In this document: piece after piece, positions 1 through 11,314 of the stretch | Layout of the letters: each line of letters begins with the position of its first letter | How positions within the stretch are numbered: the first letter of the stretch is position 1 | DNA from: an uncultured Gammaproteobacteria bacterium | GTDB lineage: Bacteria > Pseudomonadota > Gammaproteobacteria > Natronospirales > JAJUFS01 | Reading direction: 5' to 3' | Length of the DNA stretch: 64,000 bases | Assembly: GCA_964599565.1 (NCBI GenBank) | Contig: CAZRFE010000003.1 | Span: 10,379-74,378 of the forward strand | Notes under the pieces: model-generated | Told to the model about the DNA's origin: nothing | What the model saw: the letters and a program-made list of their open reading frames with translations, nothing else | Databases searched by the model: none | Program-made: the position numbers and the translations under genes

Positions 1-1419
1 CTTGCCGGCGATCACGACAACGTCGCCCGGCTTCGCGGCGCCGATGGCGGCGCGAATGGCCTTGCCGCGGTCGCGCTCGATCTGTGCATCATCCGGCGTG
101 ACCATGCCGGCGATGATTTCACGCACGATCACGGCGCCGTCTTCGGTGCGCGGATTGTCATCCGTCACGATGACGACATCCGCAAGCGCTTCCGCGATCC
201 GCCCCATCTCCGGACGCTTGCCGCGATCGCGATCGCCGCCGCAGCCGAACACGCAGACCAGCCTGCCCTGGCAATGTTCGCGCGCGGCGGAAAGTATCTG
301 CGCAAGCGCGTCCGGCGTGTGTGCGTAATCGACGATCACCAGCGGGCGCTCGCCACCGCCGTGACGCTCCATGCGTCCGCGCACGGGCCGCACCGCGGAG
401 ACGGCGCGTGCCGCGTCGGCGACGGCCACATCAAGACTCAGCAGGACGCCGAACACGGCCAGCAGGTTCAGCGCATTGAAACGCCCGAACAGCGGTGCGC
501 GCAGCGCGACACGCTCGCCCGCGACATCGACTTCAAGATTCAGGCCCTGCGCATCGAATTCAATCTGCGTCGCAAAAATCGTGTTGGCGATCGACATTCC
601 CCGCAGCGATTCCGCGTGCGTTGCGAACACCCATGCGCGCACCGACGGCGGCAGCGACGCGAGGATGTCGCGGCCGGTGGCGTCGTCTGCGTTGATGACG
701 GCATCGCGCAAGCCGGGCATGTGAAACAGTCGGCGTTTCGCGGCGGCATATCCGCCGAGATCGCCGTGATAGTCGAGGTGATCGCGCGTGAGGTTCGTGA
801 ATACCGCAGTGCGGAAATTCACGCCTGCAACGCGCTGCTGTTCGAGGGCGTGCGAGGAGACTTCCATCGCAACCGCGTCCGCGCCGCTGCCGGCAAGTTG
901 CGCGAACAACGCCTGCAGCTTCACGGCGTCCGGCGTCGTGTGCGTCGCGGGTTCAAGCGAATCCGTGAAGCCGTAACCGAGCGTTCCGAGCACGGCGGAG
1001 CGTCGGCCGTATGCCGACAGTGCCTGCGCGAGAAGATGGCTGACCGATGTCTTGCCGTTCGTGCCCGTAATGCCGATCACATCCATGCGCGCGGACGGAT
1101 TGCCATAGAACGCCGCCGCGATCCGGCCGGCATGCATGCCGAGATCCGGCACCGCGGCGAGAAGCACACCCTCGCGCGCTGCGGGCGGCGAGATGCCCGC
1201 CGCCGGTTCCCACAGCACGGTTTCCGCACCAAGGCGAACCGCTTCATCGAGATAGTCGAGACCGTGCGAACTGATGCCGGCGCATGCGAGAAAGACACCG
1301 CCCGGAACCACGAAGCGGCTGTCGATGCTCACGCCCTGGACGTCGCGATCCGCAATTGCATGCGCACCCGCGACACCCGCAAGCAGTTCGTGCAGCGATT
1401 TCACGTGACGCGCGCTCAT
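1..1419 (-). CDS. murE: UDP-N-acetylmuramoyl-L-alanyl-D-glutamate--2,6-diaminopimelate ligase MurE (C-terminal end runs off window edge)
   Basis: Not in ORF track (no stop inside window). Own translation of minus strand from ATG at 1419: MSARHVKSLHELL...RMDVIGITGTNGKTSV (Mur ligase ITGTNGKT P-loop). ATGA overlap with ftsI stop; expected dcw position. Confidence 0.9.
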   Translation of the reverse strand, partial: MSARHVKSLHELLAGVAGAHAIADRDVQGVSIDSRFVVPGGVFLACAGISSHGLDYLDEAVRLGAETVLWEPAAGISPPAAREGVLLAAVPDLGMHAGRIAAAFYGNPSARMDVIGITGTNGKTSVSHLLAQALSAYGRRSAVLGTLGYGFTDSLEPATHTTPDAVKLQALFAQLAGSGADAVAMEVSSHALEQQRVAGVNFRTAVFTNLTRDHLDYHGDLGGYAAAKRRLFHMPGLRDAVINADDATGRDILASLPPSVRAWVFATHAESLRGMSIANTIFATQIEFDAQGLNLEVDVAGERVALRAPLFGRFNALNLLAVFGVLLSLDVAVADAARAVSAVRPVRGRMERHGGGERPLVIVDYAHTPDALAQILSAAREHCQGRLVCVFGCGGDRDRGKRPEMGRIAEALADVVIVTDDNPRTEDGAVIVREIIAGMVTPDDAQIERDRGKAIRAAIGAAKPGDVVVIAGK

Positions 1420-3134
1420 GGCGCCGACCTTTCCGCGATGAGCGTGCGCTCATCGACGGGTGCAACCGCATCCGGCGCAACGTTGAGCACGCGCAGGCCG
1501 CCGGCCATGACGCGCGCGAACACCGGCGCTGCAATCTCGCCGCCGTAGTATTCGCCGTCGCGTGGTTCGTTGATGACGATCACCGTCACGAGGCGCGGAT
1601 CGGACGCAGGCGCCATGCCGGCGAACACGGCGATGTGACGATCGCTGGCATAACCGCCCGCGACGGCCTTGCGCGCAGTGCCTGTCTTGCCCGCAACGCG
1701 ATAGCCGTTGACCGCGGCCGCCATGCCCGTTCCGCCCGGCTCTATGACCGTCTCCAGCATGCGGCGCATCTGTCGCGCGCTTTTCGCCTGGATGACCTGC
1801 TCGCCCTCGTGACTGCTGCCGGCGACAAACGACACCGGACGAAGCATGCCGTCCGCTGCGATGATTCCGTATGCCTGCGCAAGCTGCAGCGGCGTCACGC
1901 TCAGGCCGTAACCGTACGCGATCGTCGCCTGCGTGACATCGCGCCAGCGCTGCCAGTGCGGCAGCATGCCGCCGCTCTCGCCAGGCAGCCCGCTGCCCGT
2001 GACACTGCCGAAGCCAAGGCGCGCAAGCACCGACCACAGCTGATCGCGTTCCAGCGAGAGCGCGATCTTGCTTGCACCGACGTTGACGGATTTGGTCAGC
2101 ACCGTCGTGACATCGATCACGCCGTAATTGCGCGTATCGGGAATCGTGTATCCGCCGACCTTGATGAATCCCGGCGACGTATCAACAGGCGTCGAGGGTT
2201 CGTAGCGTCCCGTTTCAAGCGCCGCGAGAATCGGAAACGGCTTGAAGCTGGAGCCAGGCTCGAACACGTCGGTGACGGCGCGATTGCGATAGTTGCCGCC
2301 CTGCATTTCACTGCGGTTGTTGGGATTGAACGACGGCTGGTTCGCGAGCGCGAGCACTTCGCCCGTCGTTGCGTCAAGCACGACGATGGAACCCGACACC
2401 GCATCGTTTTCCTGGATCGCGGCCTTCAGCTCGCGGTAGGCAAGATACTGCAGGCGAAGATCGATGCTGGTACGCAGCGTCTGGCCGGGATGCGGCGCGC
2501 GCAGCTGTTCGATGTCCTCGATCGTGCGTCCCAGCCGGTCGCGCAGCACGCGCTTCGCGCCCGCCTCTCCGCTCAACCATTCGTTGAACGCAAGTTCCAG
2601 GCCTTCCTGTCCCTTGTCGTCGATGTTGGTGAAGCCAAGCAGGTGCGCGGTCACTTCCGCGGCCGGATAGAAACGCTTGTACTCGCGCTCGAGATGCACG
2701 CCGGGAATGGCGAGCGCGTTGACGGCGTCGGCGACCTGCGGCGTGACCTGCCGCTTGATGTACACGAACTCGCGGTCACTGCGTTCCGCGATCATGCGCA
2801 GCATGTCGCGCGGATTCTCGCCGATTACATTCGCGAGCTCCGGAATGCGCGTTGCCGCATCGCGCAGTTCCCGCGGGTTCACCCAGACGGATGCCACCGG
2901 CGTGGAAACCGCAAGCGGCTCGCCATTGCGATCGGTGATCATGCCGCGATGCGCGGGCATCTCGACGACGCGCACATGCCGCGCCTGGCCCTGGTCCTGC
3001 AGGAAATCCTTGCGCAGCACCTGCAGGTCGAACGCGCGCGCGACCATCAGCAGCGCGCCCGCGACGAACAGGCCCGCCACGAACAGGTTGCGCCACTCTC
3101 CGCGCGGCTCGATGTTGTCGTTATTGCCCGGCAT
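1416..3134 (-). CDS. ftsI: Peptidoglycan D,D-transpeptidase FtsI (PBP3)
   Basis: 572-aa ORF. N-terminal TM anchor, PBP dimerisation and transpeptidase domains (FEPGSSFKP = SxxK, KTGTA = KTG). Between ftsL and murE. Confidence 0.9.
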   Translation of the reverse strand: MPGNNDNIEPRGEWRNLFVAGLFVAGALLMVARAFDLQVLRKDFLQDQGQARHVRVVEMPAHRGMITDRNGEPLAVSTPVASVWVNPRELRDAATRIPELANVIGENPRDMLRMIAERSDREFVYIKRQVTPQVADAVNALAIPGVHLEREYKRFYPAAEVTAHLLGFTNIDDKGQEGLELAFNEWLSGEAGAKRVLRDRLGRTIEDIEQLRAPHPGQTLRTSIDLRLQYLAYRELKAAIQENDAVSGSIVVLDATTGEVLALANQPSFNPNNRSEMQGGNYRNRAVTDVFEPGSSFKPFPILAALETGRYEPSTPVDTSPGFIKVGGYTIPDTRNYGVIDVTTVLTKSVNVGASKIALSLERDQLWSVLARLGFGSVTGSGLPGESGGMLPHWQRWRDVTQATIAYGYGLSVTPLQLAQAYGIIAADGMLRPVSFVAGSSHEGEQVIQAKSARQMRRMLETVIEPGGTGMAAAVNGYRVAGKTGTARKAVAGGYASDRHIAVFAGMAPASDPRLVTVIVINEPRDGEYYGGEIAAPVFARVMAGGLRVLNVAPDAVAPVDERTLIAERSAP

Positions 3135-3399
3135 TCTTCAGCACCATGACGTCATCGCCTCGCGGGATGGTCATGCCCAGTTCCTTGCGCGCCACCTGCT
3201 CGATGCGGCCATGCGTCGCCCACGCGCTCTGTTCCAGCTGCAGCTGGCCCCATTCCACTTCCAGCGCGTCGCGTCGCGCTTCGAGCTGTTGAAGCTCCAC
3301 GAACTCCGTGCGATTGCCATGCCGCGCCTGCACGACGGCAAGCGCGCTCGCGACATTCGCTGCGAGCAGCACGGCGAGCGCGATCCAGGTGCCGTTCAT
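3121..3399 (-). CDS. ftsL: Cell division protein FtsL
   Basis: 92-aa ORF with one TM helix followed by a coiled-coil ([21 protein letters not shown]). Sits between rsmH and ftsI; start overlaps rsmH stop. Confidence 0.75.
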   Translation of the reverse strand: MNGTWIALAVLLAANVASALAVVQARHGNRTEFVELQQLEARRDALEVEWGQLQLEQSAWATHGRIEQVARKELGMTIPRGDDVMVLKNAGQ

Positions 3400-4346
3400 G
3401 GCGCACTTCCCGCCGTTCGTTCCGCGCAGCGCAGGACGGCGCTCCGTGCGCGCGGATTGCGATTCACTTCATCCGCATCCGCCACCATCGCCTTGCCCAC
3501 GGTCCGCAGCGCCGGTTCGGCATGCGGCACGGGCAGGCCGCGCGGCAAACCGCTCACGTGTGGCGGACGAGCGTTGTCGCGGATGAATCGCTTCACGCGG
3601 CGATCCTCAAGGGAGTGGAAGCTGATCACGCACAGCCGGCCATGCGGCGCGAGCACGCGCACGCATTGCGCGAGGACATCGTCAAGATCGTCCAGCTCCT
3701 TATTAATAAGTATCCGCAGCGCCTGGAACGTGCGCGTCGCGGGGTGCTTGCCCTTCTCGCGCGTCGGTACGGCAGCGGCGACGAGTTCCGCGAGCTCGCT
3801 GGTCGTGACAAGCGGCGACTGCTCGCGGCGGCTCGCGATCGCCCGCGCGATCCGGCGCGCGAAACGCTCCTCGCCGTACTCGAACAGCACGCGCGCGATT
3901 TCGCCTTCATCGGCGTGCGACAGCCATGCCGCCACGCTCTCACCGGATGTCGGGTCCATGCGCATGTCGAGCGGGCCTTCCGACTGGAAACTGAAACCGC
4001 GCGCCGCATCGTCGAGCTGCGGCGAGGAAACGCCGAGATCGAGGAGGATTCCGTCGACCTTGCCGCTGCAACCTGCCTCTTCAACGATCCGCTCGAGCAT
4101 CGTGAAGCTCCCGTGAACGATGCGAAATCGCGTGTCCGCGCCGAAACGCAGCGTGGCGGCGCGGACGGCTTCCGGGTCCTTGTCGAACGCCAGCAGGCGG
4201 CCACCGGGAGCCAGCCCCGCCAGCATCGCGGCGGCATGTCCGCCCCGGCCGAACGTGCCGTCGACATAAAAGCCATCGGGCCGCACCGCCAGCCCTTCAA
4301 GGCAGGCGTGCAGCAGGACCGGTTCGTGCTCGCCCTGGCGCGGCAC
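3396..4346 (-). CDS. rsmH: 16S rRNA (cytosine1402-N4)-methyltransferase RsmH (MraW)
   Basis: HEPVLL...[10 protein letters not shown]...[12 protein letters not shown] motifs. The longest ORF reaches 4418 but would overlap mraZ by 67 nt; GTG at 4346 gives ~316 aa, the normal RsmH length. Start uncertain. Confidence 0.88.
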   Translation of the reverse strand: MPRQGEHEPVLLHACLEGLAVRPDGFYVDGTFGRGGHAAAMLAGLAPGGRLLAFDKDPEAVRAATLRFGADTRFRIVHGSFTMLERIVEEAGCSGKVDGILLDLGVSSPQLDDAARGFSFQSEGPLDMRMDPTSGESVAAWLSHADEGEIARVLFEYGEERFARRIARAIASRREQSPLVTTSELAELVAAAVPTREKGKHPATRTFQALRILINKELDDLDDVLAQCVRVLAPHGRLCVISFHSLEDRRVKRFIRDNARPPHVSGLPRGLPVPHAEPALRTVGKAMVADADEVNRNPRARSAVLRCAERTAGSAP

Positions 4347-4351
4347 GCGGC

Positions 4352-4807
4352 TCAAAGCGACAACGACTCCAGCTCTGCCGGCAACGGCGCGCTCTCGCTT
4401 TCGTCTTCCGACAGCCACGCGTCGCGACGCGCCATCCAGGATTCCTCATCCCAGATCTCGAACTTGTTGCCCTGGCCGATCATCACCGCCGCCTTGTCGA
4501 GCTTCGCGAACTCGCGCAGTGGCGGCGGCAGCAGCACGCGTCCGTGGGAATCCATTTCAATCTCGGTGGCATGGCCGACAAGGAGGCGCTGCAGGCGCCG
4601 GGCCTGCGCGTTGAAGCTCGGCAGCTTTACCAGCTTGCGTTCGATCTCTTCCCACTCGGGCAGCGGATAAAGAAGAAGACAGTGATCACGATCAACGGTC
4701 ACGACGAGCTGGCCCCCGCAGCGTTCCTGCAGGCGCTCGCGATACCGGGTCGGAATGACGATCCGCCCCTTGGCATCGAGCTTGACGTTGTTGACTCCCC
4801 TGAACAT
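4352..4807 (-). CDS. mraZ: Transcriptional regulator MraZ
   Basis: Starts [24 protein letters not shown] (canonical MraZ N-terminus); 151 aa from ATG 4807. The 18-codon extension in the ORF track covers the MraZ operator repeats. Confidence 0.9.
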   Translation of the reverse strand: MFRGVNNVKLDAKGRIVIPTRYRERLQERCGGQLVVTVDRDHCLLLYPLPEWEEIERKLVKLPSFNAQARRLQRLLVGHATEIEMDSHGRVLLPPPLREFAKLDKAAVMIGQGNKFEIWDEESWMARRDAWLSEDESESAPLPAELESLSL

Positions 4808-4825
4808 GACGTCGGCGGGACGAAG

Positions 4826-4850
4826 TCCCACGCTCTCCCACTTTTTCCCA
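4826..4850 (-). promoter_or_regulatory. MraZ operator: three phased TGGGA direct repeats
   Basis: Minus strand reads TGGGAaaaagTGGGAgagcgTGGGA (10-bp phasing). Lies between the -10 hexamer and the mraZ ATG, matching the MraZ-box layout described for E. coli Pmra. Confidence 0.6.
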
Positions 4851-4859
4851 CTTGGAGAC

Positions 4860-4889
4860 ACTATAGGTAGGCGTTTGTGAGAGTGTCAA
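4860..4889 (-). promoter_or_regulatory. Sigma-70 promoter of the dcw cluster (Pmra)
   Basis: Minus strand: TTGACA (4889-4884), 18-nt spacer, TATAGT (4865-4860). Immediately upstream of the MraZ boxes and mraZ. Confidence 0.6.
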
Positions 4890-4964
4890 GAGTAAAACCC
4901 ACTACAGAACAGGGATTTCTTTTTATCTGTCAGCGACTTACGTTATTGCTGCAATGCGGATAAG

Positions 4965-4984
4965 GCAAATTTGCTGCAATTGCA
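4965..4984. repeat. Two abutting perfect 10-bp palindromes in an AT-rich island
   Basis: GCAAATTTGC (4965-4974) is followed directly by TGCAATTGCA (4975-4984). TTGCTGCAAT occurs twice (4946-4955 and 4971-4980). Function unknown. Confidence 0.5.
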
Positions 4985-5106
4985 CAACAATAAAATTCAA
5001 TGAGTTACAACGCCTACTTTCGGCGAGTTCTGAAGAGACGAAGAGGTATGACGCGGGAAAAAGCGAGGTAAATGGCGATCAGGAAAAGATCATCACGGGA
5101 ATTTAA

Positions 5107-5463
5107 AGAAGGAGTCGGCCTGTAAGCCGGGTTCTGTCGAGGACAGTCATTCATCTGGGATGAACGTCACCGTTCACCTCAAGCGGCCTACCCGGGAACT
5201 ACGCGGGCCACGTAATCGTTCCCCTATTTGGCCTTGCTCCGAGTGGGGTTTGCCCTGCCACGTTCCGTTACCGGACGCGCGGTGCGCTCTTACCGCACCT
5301 TTTCACCCTTACCTGTGCTGCACTCGCGTGCGCACATCGGCGGTATGTTTTCTGTGGCACTTTCCGTCGGCTCGCGCCGCCCAGGCGTTACCTGGCACCC
5401 TGCCCTGCGGAGCCCGGACTTTCCTCCACGTCACGAAGACGCAGCGACTGTCCGGCCAACTCC
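5107..5463 (-). ncRNA. rnpB: RNase P RNA, bacterial type A (M1 RNA)
   Basis: Minus strand reads GGAGTTGGCCGGACAGTCGCTGCG...GGAGGAAAGTCCGGGCTCC...AGATGAATGACTGTCCTCGACAGAACCCGGCTTACAGGCCGACTCC. Universal P4/CR motifs and P1 pairing align with E. coli M1 RNA. Same mraZ/rsmI location as in Pseudomonas. Ends +/- a few nt. Confidence 0.92.
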
Positions 5464-5512
5464 GGGGCGAACAATACGCTGTTGCGAAAGGCTGTCAAGC
5501 ATCGCCGCGGGA

Positions 5513-6376
5513 TCACTTCGCGCGTTCGCCCTGCAGTTCCAGCGCGCGTTGGTACAGTGACTGGCGGCGTTCACCGGTCAATCCCGCGGCAACCTTCGCG
5601 GCCTTGCTCGCAGGAAGTTCCTCAAGCAACGCGCGCAGGATTTCATCACTGCTGTATTCGTGCGCACGGTCACCGGCGGCGCCCGCGATCATCACGACGA
5701 TTTCCCCGCGCGTCGCATTCGGGTCGCGCTCCGTCCACGCGCAGAGTTCAGCAAGCGAAGCGCTGTGAAATTCTTCGTGCAGTTTCGTGATCTCGCGTGC
5801 TACGCATGCGAATCGATCGGCGCCAAATGCGATTGCGGCATCGGCGAGCATGTCGTGCAAGCGGTGCGGCGCTTCATAGAACACGAGCGTGTGCGAATCG
5901 CCCGCGAGCGCGCCAAGCCGTTCGCGCCGCGCACCCGGTTTTGCCGGCAGGAAGCCTTCGTAACTGAACCGGTCCGTTGGCAATCCGGCGGCGGAAAGCG
6001 CCGCGATGACGGCGCTCGCACCGGGCACGGGAACGACGCGAATGCCGGCGTCGCGCAGCGCGCGCACCAGGGCAAAGCCCGGGTCGTTGATCAAGGGTGT
6101 GCCCGCATCGCTGATGAGCGCGCATGATTCGCCGCGCTGCAATCGATCAAGCACCGCAGAAATACGCGCGTGTTCATTGTGTTCATGCAGGGAGATGCGT
6201 GGCGCGCGGCTGCCGAGATCGGCGAGCAGCCGTCCGCTGTGACGCGTGTCCTCGCAGAATATGCAGTCGACTTCGGTGAGTATGCGTTCAGCGCGGCGTG
6301 TCAGGTCTTCACGGTTGCCGATGGGAGTTGCGACGACGTAGAGCACGCCGGTGGATCCATCTGGCTGCGTTGACAC
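5513..6376 (-). CDS. rsmI: 16S rRNA (cytidine1402-2'-O)-methyltransferase RsmI
   Basis: GVLYVVATPIGNREDLTRRA and SDAGTPLINDPG motifs (tetrapyrrole-methylase fold). GTG at 6376 gives ~287 aa; the longer ORF-track start would cross the divergent lpoA start. Confidence 0.85.
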   Translation of the reverse strand: MSTQPDGSTGVLYVVATPIGNREDLTRRAERILTEVDCIFCEDTRHSGRLLADLGSRAPRISLHEHNEHARISAVLDRLQRGESCALISDAGTPLINDPGFALVRALRDAGIRVVPVPGASAVIAALSAAGLPTDRFSYEGFLPAKPGARRERLGALAGDSHTLVFYEAPHRLHDMLADAAIAFGADRFACVAREITKLHEEFHSASLAELCAWTERDPNATRGEIVVMIAGAAGDRAHEYSSDEILRALLEELPASKAAKVAAGLTGERRQSLYQRALELQGERAK

Positions 6377-8358
6377 TGTCCGGCCCCCACTCGATACTTT
6401 GCGACTCTTCACGCATCGCCTCGCGCACGAGGCTCCCCATCCTGCAACGGGGTAAGGACACATGCAAGCCAGACCGTTCACGCGCAACATTCGCCTCTTC
6501 CTGTTCCTCCTCGGCATCGCGCTGCTTCACGGCTGTGCAACGGCGCCGGACGGACAGCGCGACGCGGCATTCGAGCTTCGCATGCAGCAAGCGCGCGACC
6601 TGCAGGCGAATGATCCCGCGGCAGCGGCGCTCGCGTTTGAATCGCTGGCGCGCGATGCCCGTGGTGATGCAAGCCGTGATGCATGGCTGTCCGCCGCGAG
6701 CGCGTGGCTTGAAGCACGCCGCACCGATAACGCTGCGCGCGCGCTTGAAGCTGCAGCACCGCTGCCGCCGACGGGGTTGCTCGCGGAACGCGGCGTGCTC
6801 GTCGCTGCGGAACTTGATCTTCTCGAGCAGAATCCGCGCCAGGCACTGCTGCGTCTCGACAGCGTGATGGAATTCAGCGAATCGCTGCGCGACCGCGCGG
6901 TGCAGCTTCGCGGCCGCGCACTGTTCCAGCTTGGCGCAAGCGTGGAAGCAACCGCGCTGCTCAACCGGCACATCGAAAGCAGCGCAGACGAAACGCTGCG
7001 TCATGCGGACAGCCGGTTGATCTGGCTCGGTCTTTCACGCAGCCGCGAACCGCTCGATCTCGAACAGCTTCCGTCCACTGTGCCCGCCGCCGTGCGCGGC
7101 TGGATCGCGCTCGGAAGAATCGGACAATCCGCGTGGCAGGATCCGTACGCATTTCCAGGCCGGCTTGAACAGTGGTCGCGACAGTTTCCCGCACACCCGG
7201 GCAGGCAATTCCTGCTCGATGAGATTCTTGCCGAACACGAGCGCCGCTTCGCGTACCCGGACACGATTGCGCTGCTGCTGCCGATGACCGGACGCTATCG
7301 CGCATCGGCCGAAGCGGTGCGCGACGGATTTCTTGCCGGCCTCTACCAGTACGCCGCACACCGCGAACCGCCGCGCGTACTTGTGCTTGATGCAGGCGCG
7401 GATGCAACGGCCGCGCAGCGCGCGGCGACGCGGGCCGTGGCGGAAGGCGCGGATATCATTGTCGGCCCGCTGACCAAGGAAGCGCTGAGCGCGCTGAACC
7501 AAAGCGAAGACCTGCCGGTTCCAGTGCTTGGCCTCAATTACCTTGATCCGGCGGAAGCTGCCATTGCGCGCGACAACCTGGTGCAGTTCGGACTGTTGCC
7601 GGAAGACGAAGCCATCCAGGTTGCGGAACGCAGCATCGCGGAAGGTTACACGCGCGGCGTGGCGCTCGTGCCCGACAACGACTTCGGCCTGCGCATGACG
7701 GCAGCGTTTCGCGCACGCTTCGAGGAACTGGGCGGCACGCTCCTGACCGTGCAGCGTTATGCGCAAGGCCAGGCGGACTACTCCACGCCGATCATGCGCA
7801 TGCTGAATCTCGATGAAAGCCAGCTGCGTTACCAGCAGCTGCGCAGCATCATCGGCCGCTCCGTGCAGTTCGAACCGCGCCGCAGGCAGGATGTGCAGTT
7901 CATCTTTCTCGCCGCAAACGCGGAAGAAGCACGCCTGCTGCGTCCGCAGCTGCGTTTCCACCAGGCCATCAGCCTGCCGGTGTACGCAACCAGCCACGTG
8001 TATCGGCCCGGTCAACCCGATCGCGATCTTGACGACATCCGTTTTGCGGACATGCCATGGATACTCGCGCCCGATGCGATCGCACGCGAAATCCGCAAGA
8101 CCGTGGTTGACCTGTGGCCGGGACGTTTCGAACGCAACGGCCGCCTGTATGCCCTGGGGTTCGATGCCTTCCGGCTCGTGCCGCTGATCCTTGGCGACGA
8201 TCCCGCGCTCGACAATCCGCTCCCGGCCATGACAGGCCTGCTGAGCATCGATGCGCAGCGGCGCATCCGCCGCGATCTTTACTGGGCACGGTTTGTCGGC
8301 GGAACGCCGCGCCTGCTGCCCGGCGTCGAGGAAATCCATCCCGCACAAGGAACCGTGC

Positions 8359-9362
<1,004 letters not shown>

Positions 9363-9369
9363 GATACGC

Positions 9370-10803
9370 ATGAACGCGCACGGCCTGCCTGCTTCGCAAC
9401 GCGCGCGGTCCGTGTACGCCGCACTCAGGCCGCTGCTTGGCGAACGCCTGCTGCACGATCCTGGCGACCTTCTCCCTTACAGCTATGACAACTCGCGCCG
9501 CCAGGCGCTGCCCGACCTCGTTGCGTTCGCGGATTCGCATGATGAAGTCGTTGCGATCGTGCGCGCCTGTCACGAACATGAATTGCCGCTGGTGACGCGC
9601 GGACTCGGCAGCGGTACGGCCGGCGCTGCGGTGCCCGTGGCCGGCGGACTGGTGCTCGCACTCGAGCGCATGAACCGCATTGTTCGCGTCGACGCCGGCA
9701 ACCGTGTCGCCGTCGTTGAGCCCGGCGTGACGAACGCACAGCTCCAGGAAGCGGCAGGGCGCGAAGGATTCTTCTGGCCGCCGGATCCAACCTCGTCGGC
9801 GTACTGCACGATCGGTGGCAACCTCGCCTGCAACTCGGCCGGTCCGCGTGCCGTCAAGTACGGCACGCCGCGCGACAATACGCTCGGCCTGCGCGCCGTC
9901 AGCGGCGACGGTATCGAATTACGTACCGGCGTCTATACGACGAAAGGCGTCGTCGGCTACGACCTGACGCGGCTTTTGATCGGGTCGGAGGGAACGCTCG
10001 GCGTGATCACGGAAGCCACGCTTCGACTCACACCGCTTCAGCCTGCGCGACACACCTTGCGCGCAACATTCGCCGACATGACATCCGCTGCCGCCGCCGT
10101 GTCACGCGTGATGGCGCAAGCCGTCACGCCGAGCGCGCTTGAGTTCATCGACGCCACGGCAATCGCCATGATCCGCGAGTACGCGGAAGAAAATCTCGCC
10201 GCGACCGACCTTCCCGACGATGCAGGAGCGATGTTGCTGATCGAGATCGACGGCAATGCAGAAACGCTTGAGCCGGCAACGCACGCAGTCGCGGATGCCG
10301 TGGCAGGACAGGGAATGATCGAGCTGCGCCGCGCGCGTACAGCGGATGAAACGCGCGCACTGTGGGCGGCACGCAAGGCACTTTCACCCGCACTTCGACG
10401 CATTGCACCGAAGAAGATCAACGAAGACGTCGTGGTGCCGGTATCGCGCATGGCGGAACTCATCGACGGTCTCCAGGCGCTGTCACGCCAGCACGGCATC
10501 ACGATCGTGAATTTCGGTCATGCCGGAAACGGCAACATCCACGTCAACCTGCTCACCGATCCCGATGACGAAAGGCAGATGGCGGTAATCGATCAATGTC
10601 TTGGTGAAGTCTTCGCGCTGGTGCTCGGCCTTGGCGGCACGCTGTCGGGCGAACACGGGGTAGGACTCGTGAAGAAGGAATTCGTCGGTCTTGAAATCGA
10701 ACCCGCGACGCTGGAGATGATGCGCAGGATCAAGGCGCAGTTCGACCCGAAGGGAATACTCAATCCGGGAAAGTTCTTTCCTGAAGAAGTGGCAGGTCGC
10801 TGA
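9370..10803 (+). CDS. FAD-linked oxidase (GlcD / D-lactate dehydrogenase-like)
   Basis: 477 aa. FAD_binding_4-type N-domain (VVTRGLGSGTAGAAVP) and C-terminal GGTLSGEHGVGLVK motif. Confidence 0.8.
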   Translation: MNAHGLPASQRARSVYAALRPLLGERLLHDPGDLLPYSYDNSRRQALPDLVAFADSHDEVVAIVRACHEHELPLVTRGLGSGTAGAAVPVAGGLVLALERMNRIVRVDAGNRVAVVEPGVTNAQLQEAAGREGFFWPPDPTSSAYCTIGGNLACNSAGPRAVKYGTPRDNTLGLRAVSGDGIELRTGVYTTKGVVGYDLTRLLIGSEGTLGVITEATLRLTPLQPARHTLRATFADMTSAAAAVSRVMAQAVTPSALEFIDATAIAMIREYAEENLAATDLPDDAGAMLLIEIDGNAETLEPATHAVADAVAGQGMIELRRARTADETRALWAARKALSPALRRIAPKKINEDVVVPVSRMAELIDGLQALSRQHGITIVNFGHAGNGNIHVNLLTDPDDERQMAVIDQCLGEVFALVLGLGGTLSGEHGVGLVKKEFVGLEIEPATLEMMRRIKAQFDPKGILNPGKFFPEEVAGR

Positions 10804-10806
10804 CGG

Positions 10807-10831
10807 AAAAGCCGGACGTCCCCGGCTTTTT
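10807..10831. terminator. Bidirectional rho-independent terminator
   Basis: AAAAGCCGG-acgtcc-CCGGCTTTTT hairpin between the convergent FAD oxidase and sspB. Confidence 0.6.
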
Positions 10832-10847
10832 GTCTGCCTTTCGATTT

Positions 10848-11261
10848 TTACTTGATGATCTTGAGCGAAGGCTTGCCCGGCCGCGGCGGTTCGTCCCCGC
10901 CCTGCAGCGCCGAATCATCTTCCTTTGCTGAAGATTGGGCGGCGTGCGGGTCGTCTTCAGCGCCGAACATCATGCCTTGCCCGGAATCGCGGCCATAGAT
11001 CGCGACGACCGCCGTCGGCGGAAATCGAACAAGCCGCGGCGTGCCTCCGAAGCGCGCCGAGAAACGGATCTCGTCGTTGCCGAGCTGAAGACCCTGCACG
11101 GCGGATGGACTCACATTCAGCACGATGCGACCGTCCTGCACATATTCGTCGGGAAGTTCTGCGCCGGCGACCGTCGCATCAACCAGGAGATGCGGGAGAT
11201 CTCCGCAGTCAAGCAGCCAGTCGTAAAGCGCGCGTATCAGGTAAGGACGGCGGGACAACAT
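10848..11261 (-). CDS. sspB: ClpXP adaptor / stringent starvation protein B
   Basis: MLSRRPYLIRALYDWLLDCGDLPHLLVD...VLNVSPSAV; C-terminal acidic tail ending LKIIK (ClpX-binding type). Downstream of sspA. ATG 11261. Confidence 0.85.
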   Translation of the reverse strand: MLSRRPYLIRALYDWLLDCGDLPHLLVDATVAGAELPDEYVQDGRIVLNVSPSAVQGLQLGNDEIRFSARFGGTPRLVRFPPTAVVAIYGRDSGQGMMFGAEDDPHAAQSSAKEDDSALQGGDEPPRPGKPSLKIIK

Positions 11262-11314
11262 CGAAAAATCCGTGATGCGACGAAGTCGCGTGACGTGCGG
11301 CCGCAGGAAAACGC

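Noticed and set aside
5160-5790. Plus-strand ORFs of 202, 110 and 102 aa overlapping the region 5160-5790.
   Set aside because: They overlap the antisense of RNase P RNA (5107-5463) and of rsmI. The conserved RNase P sequence explains the region.
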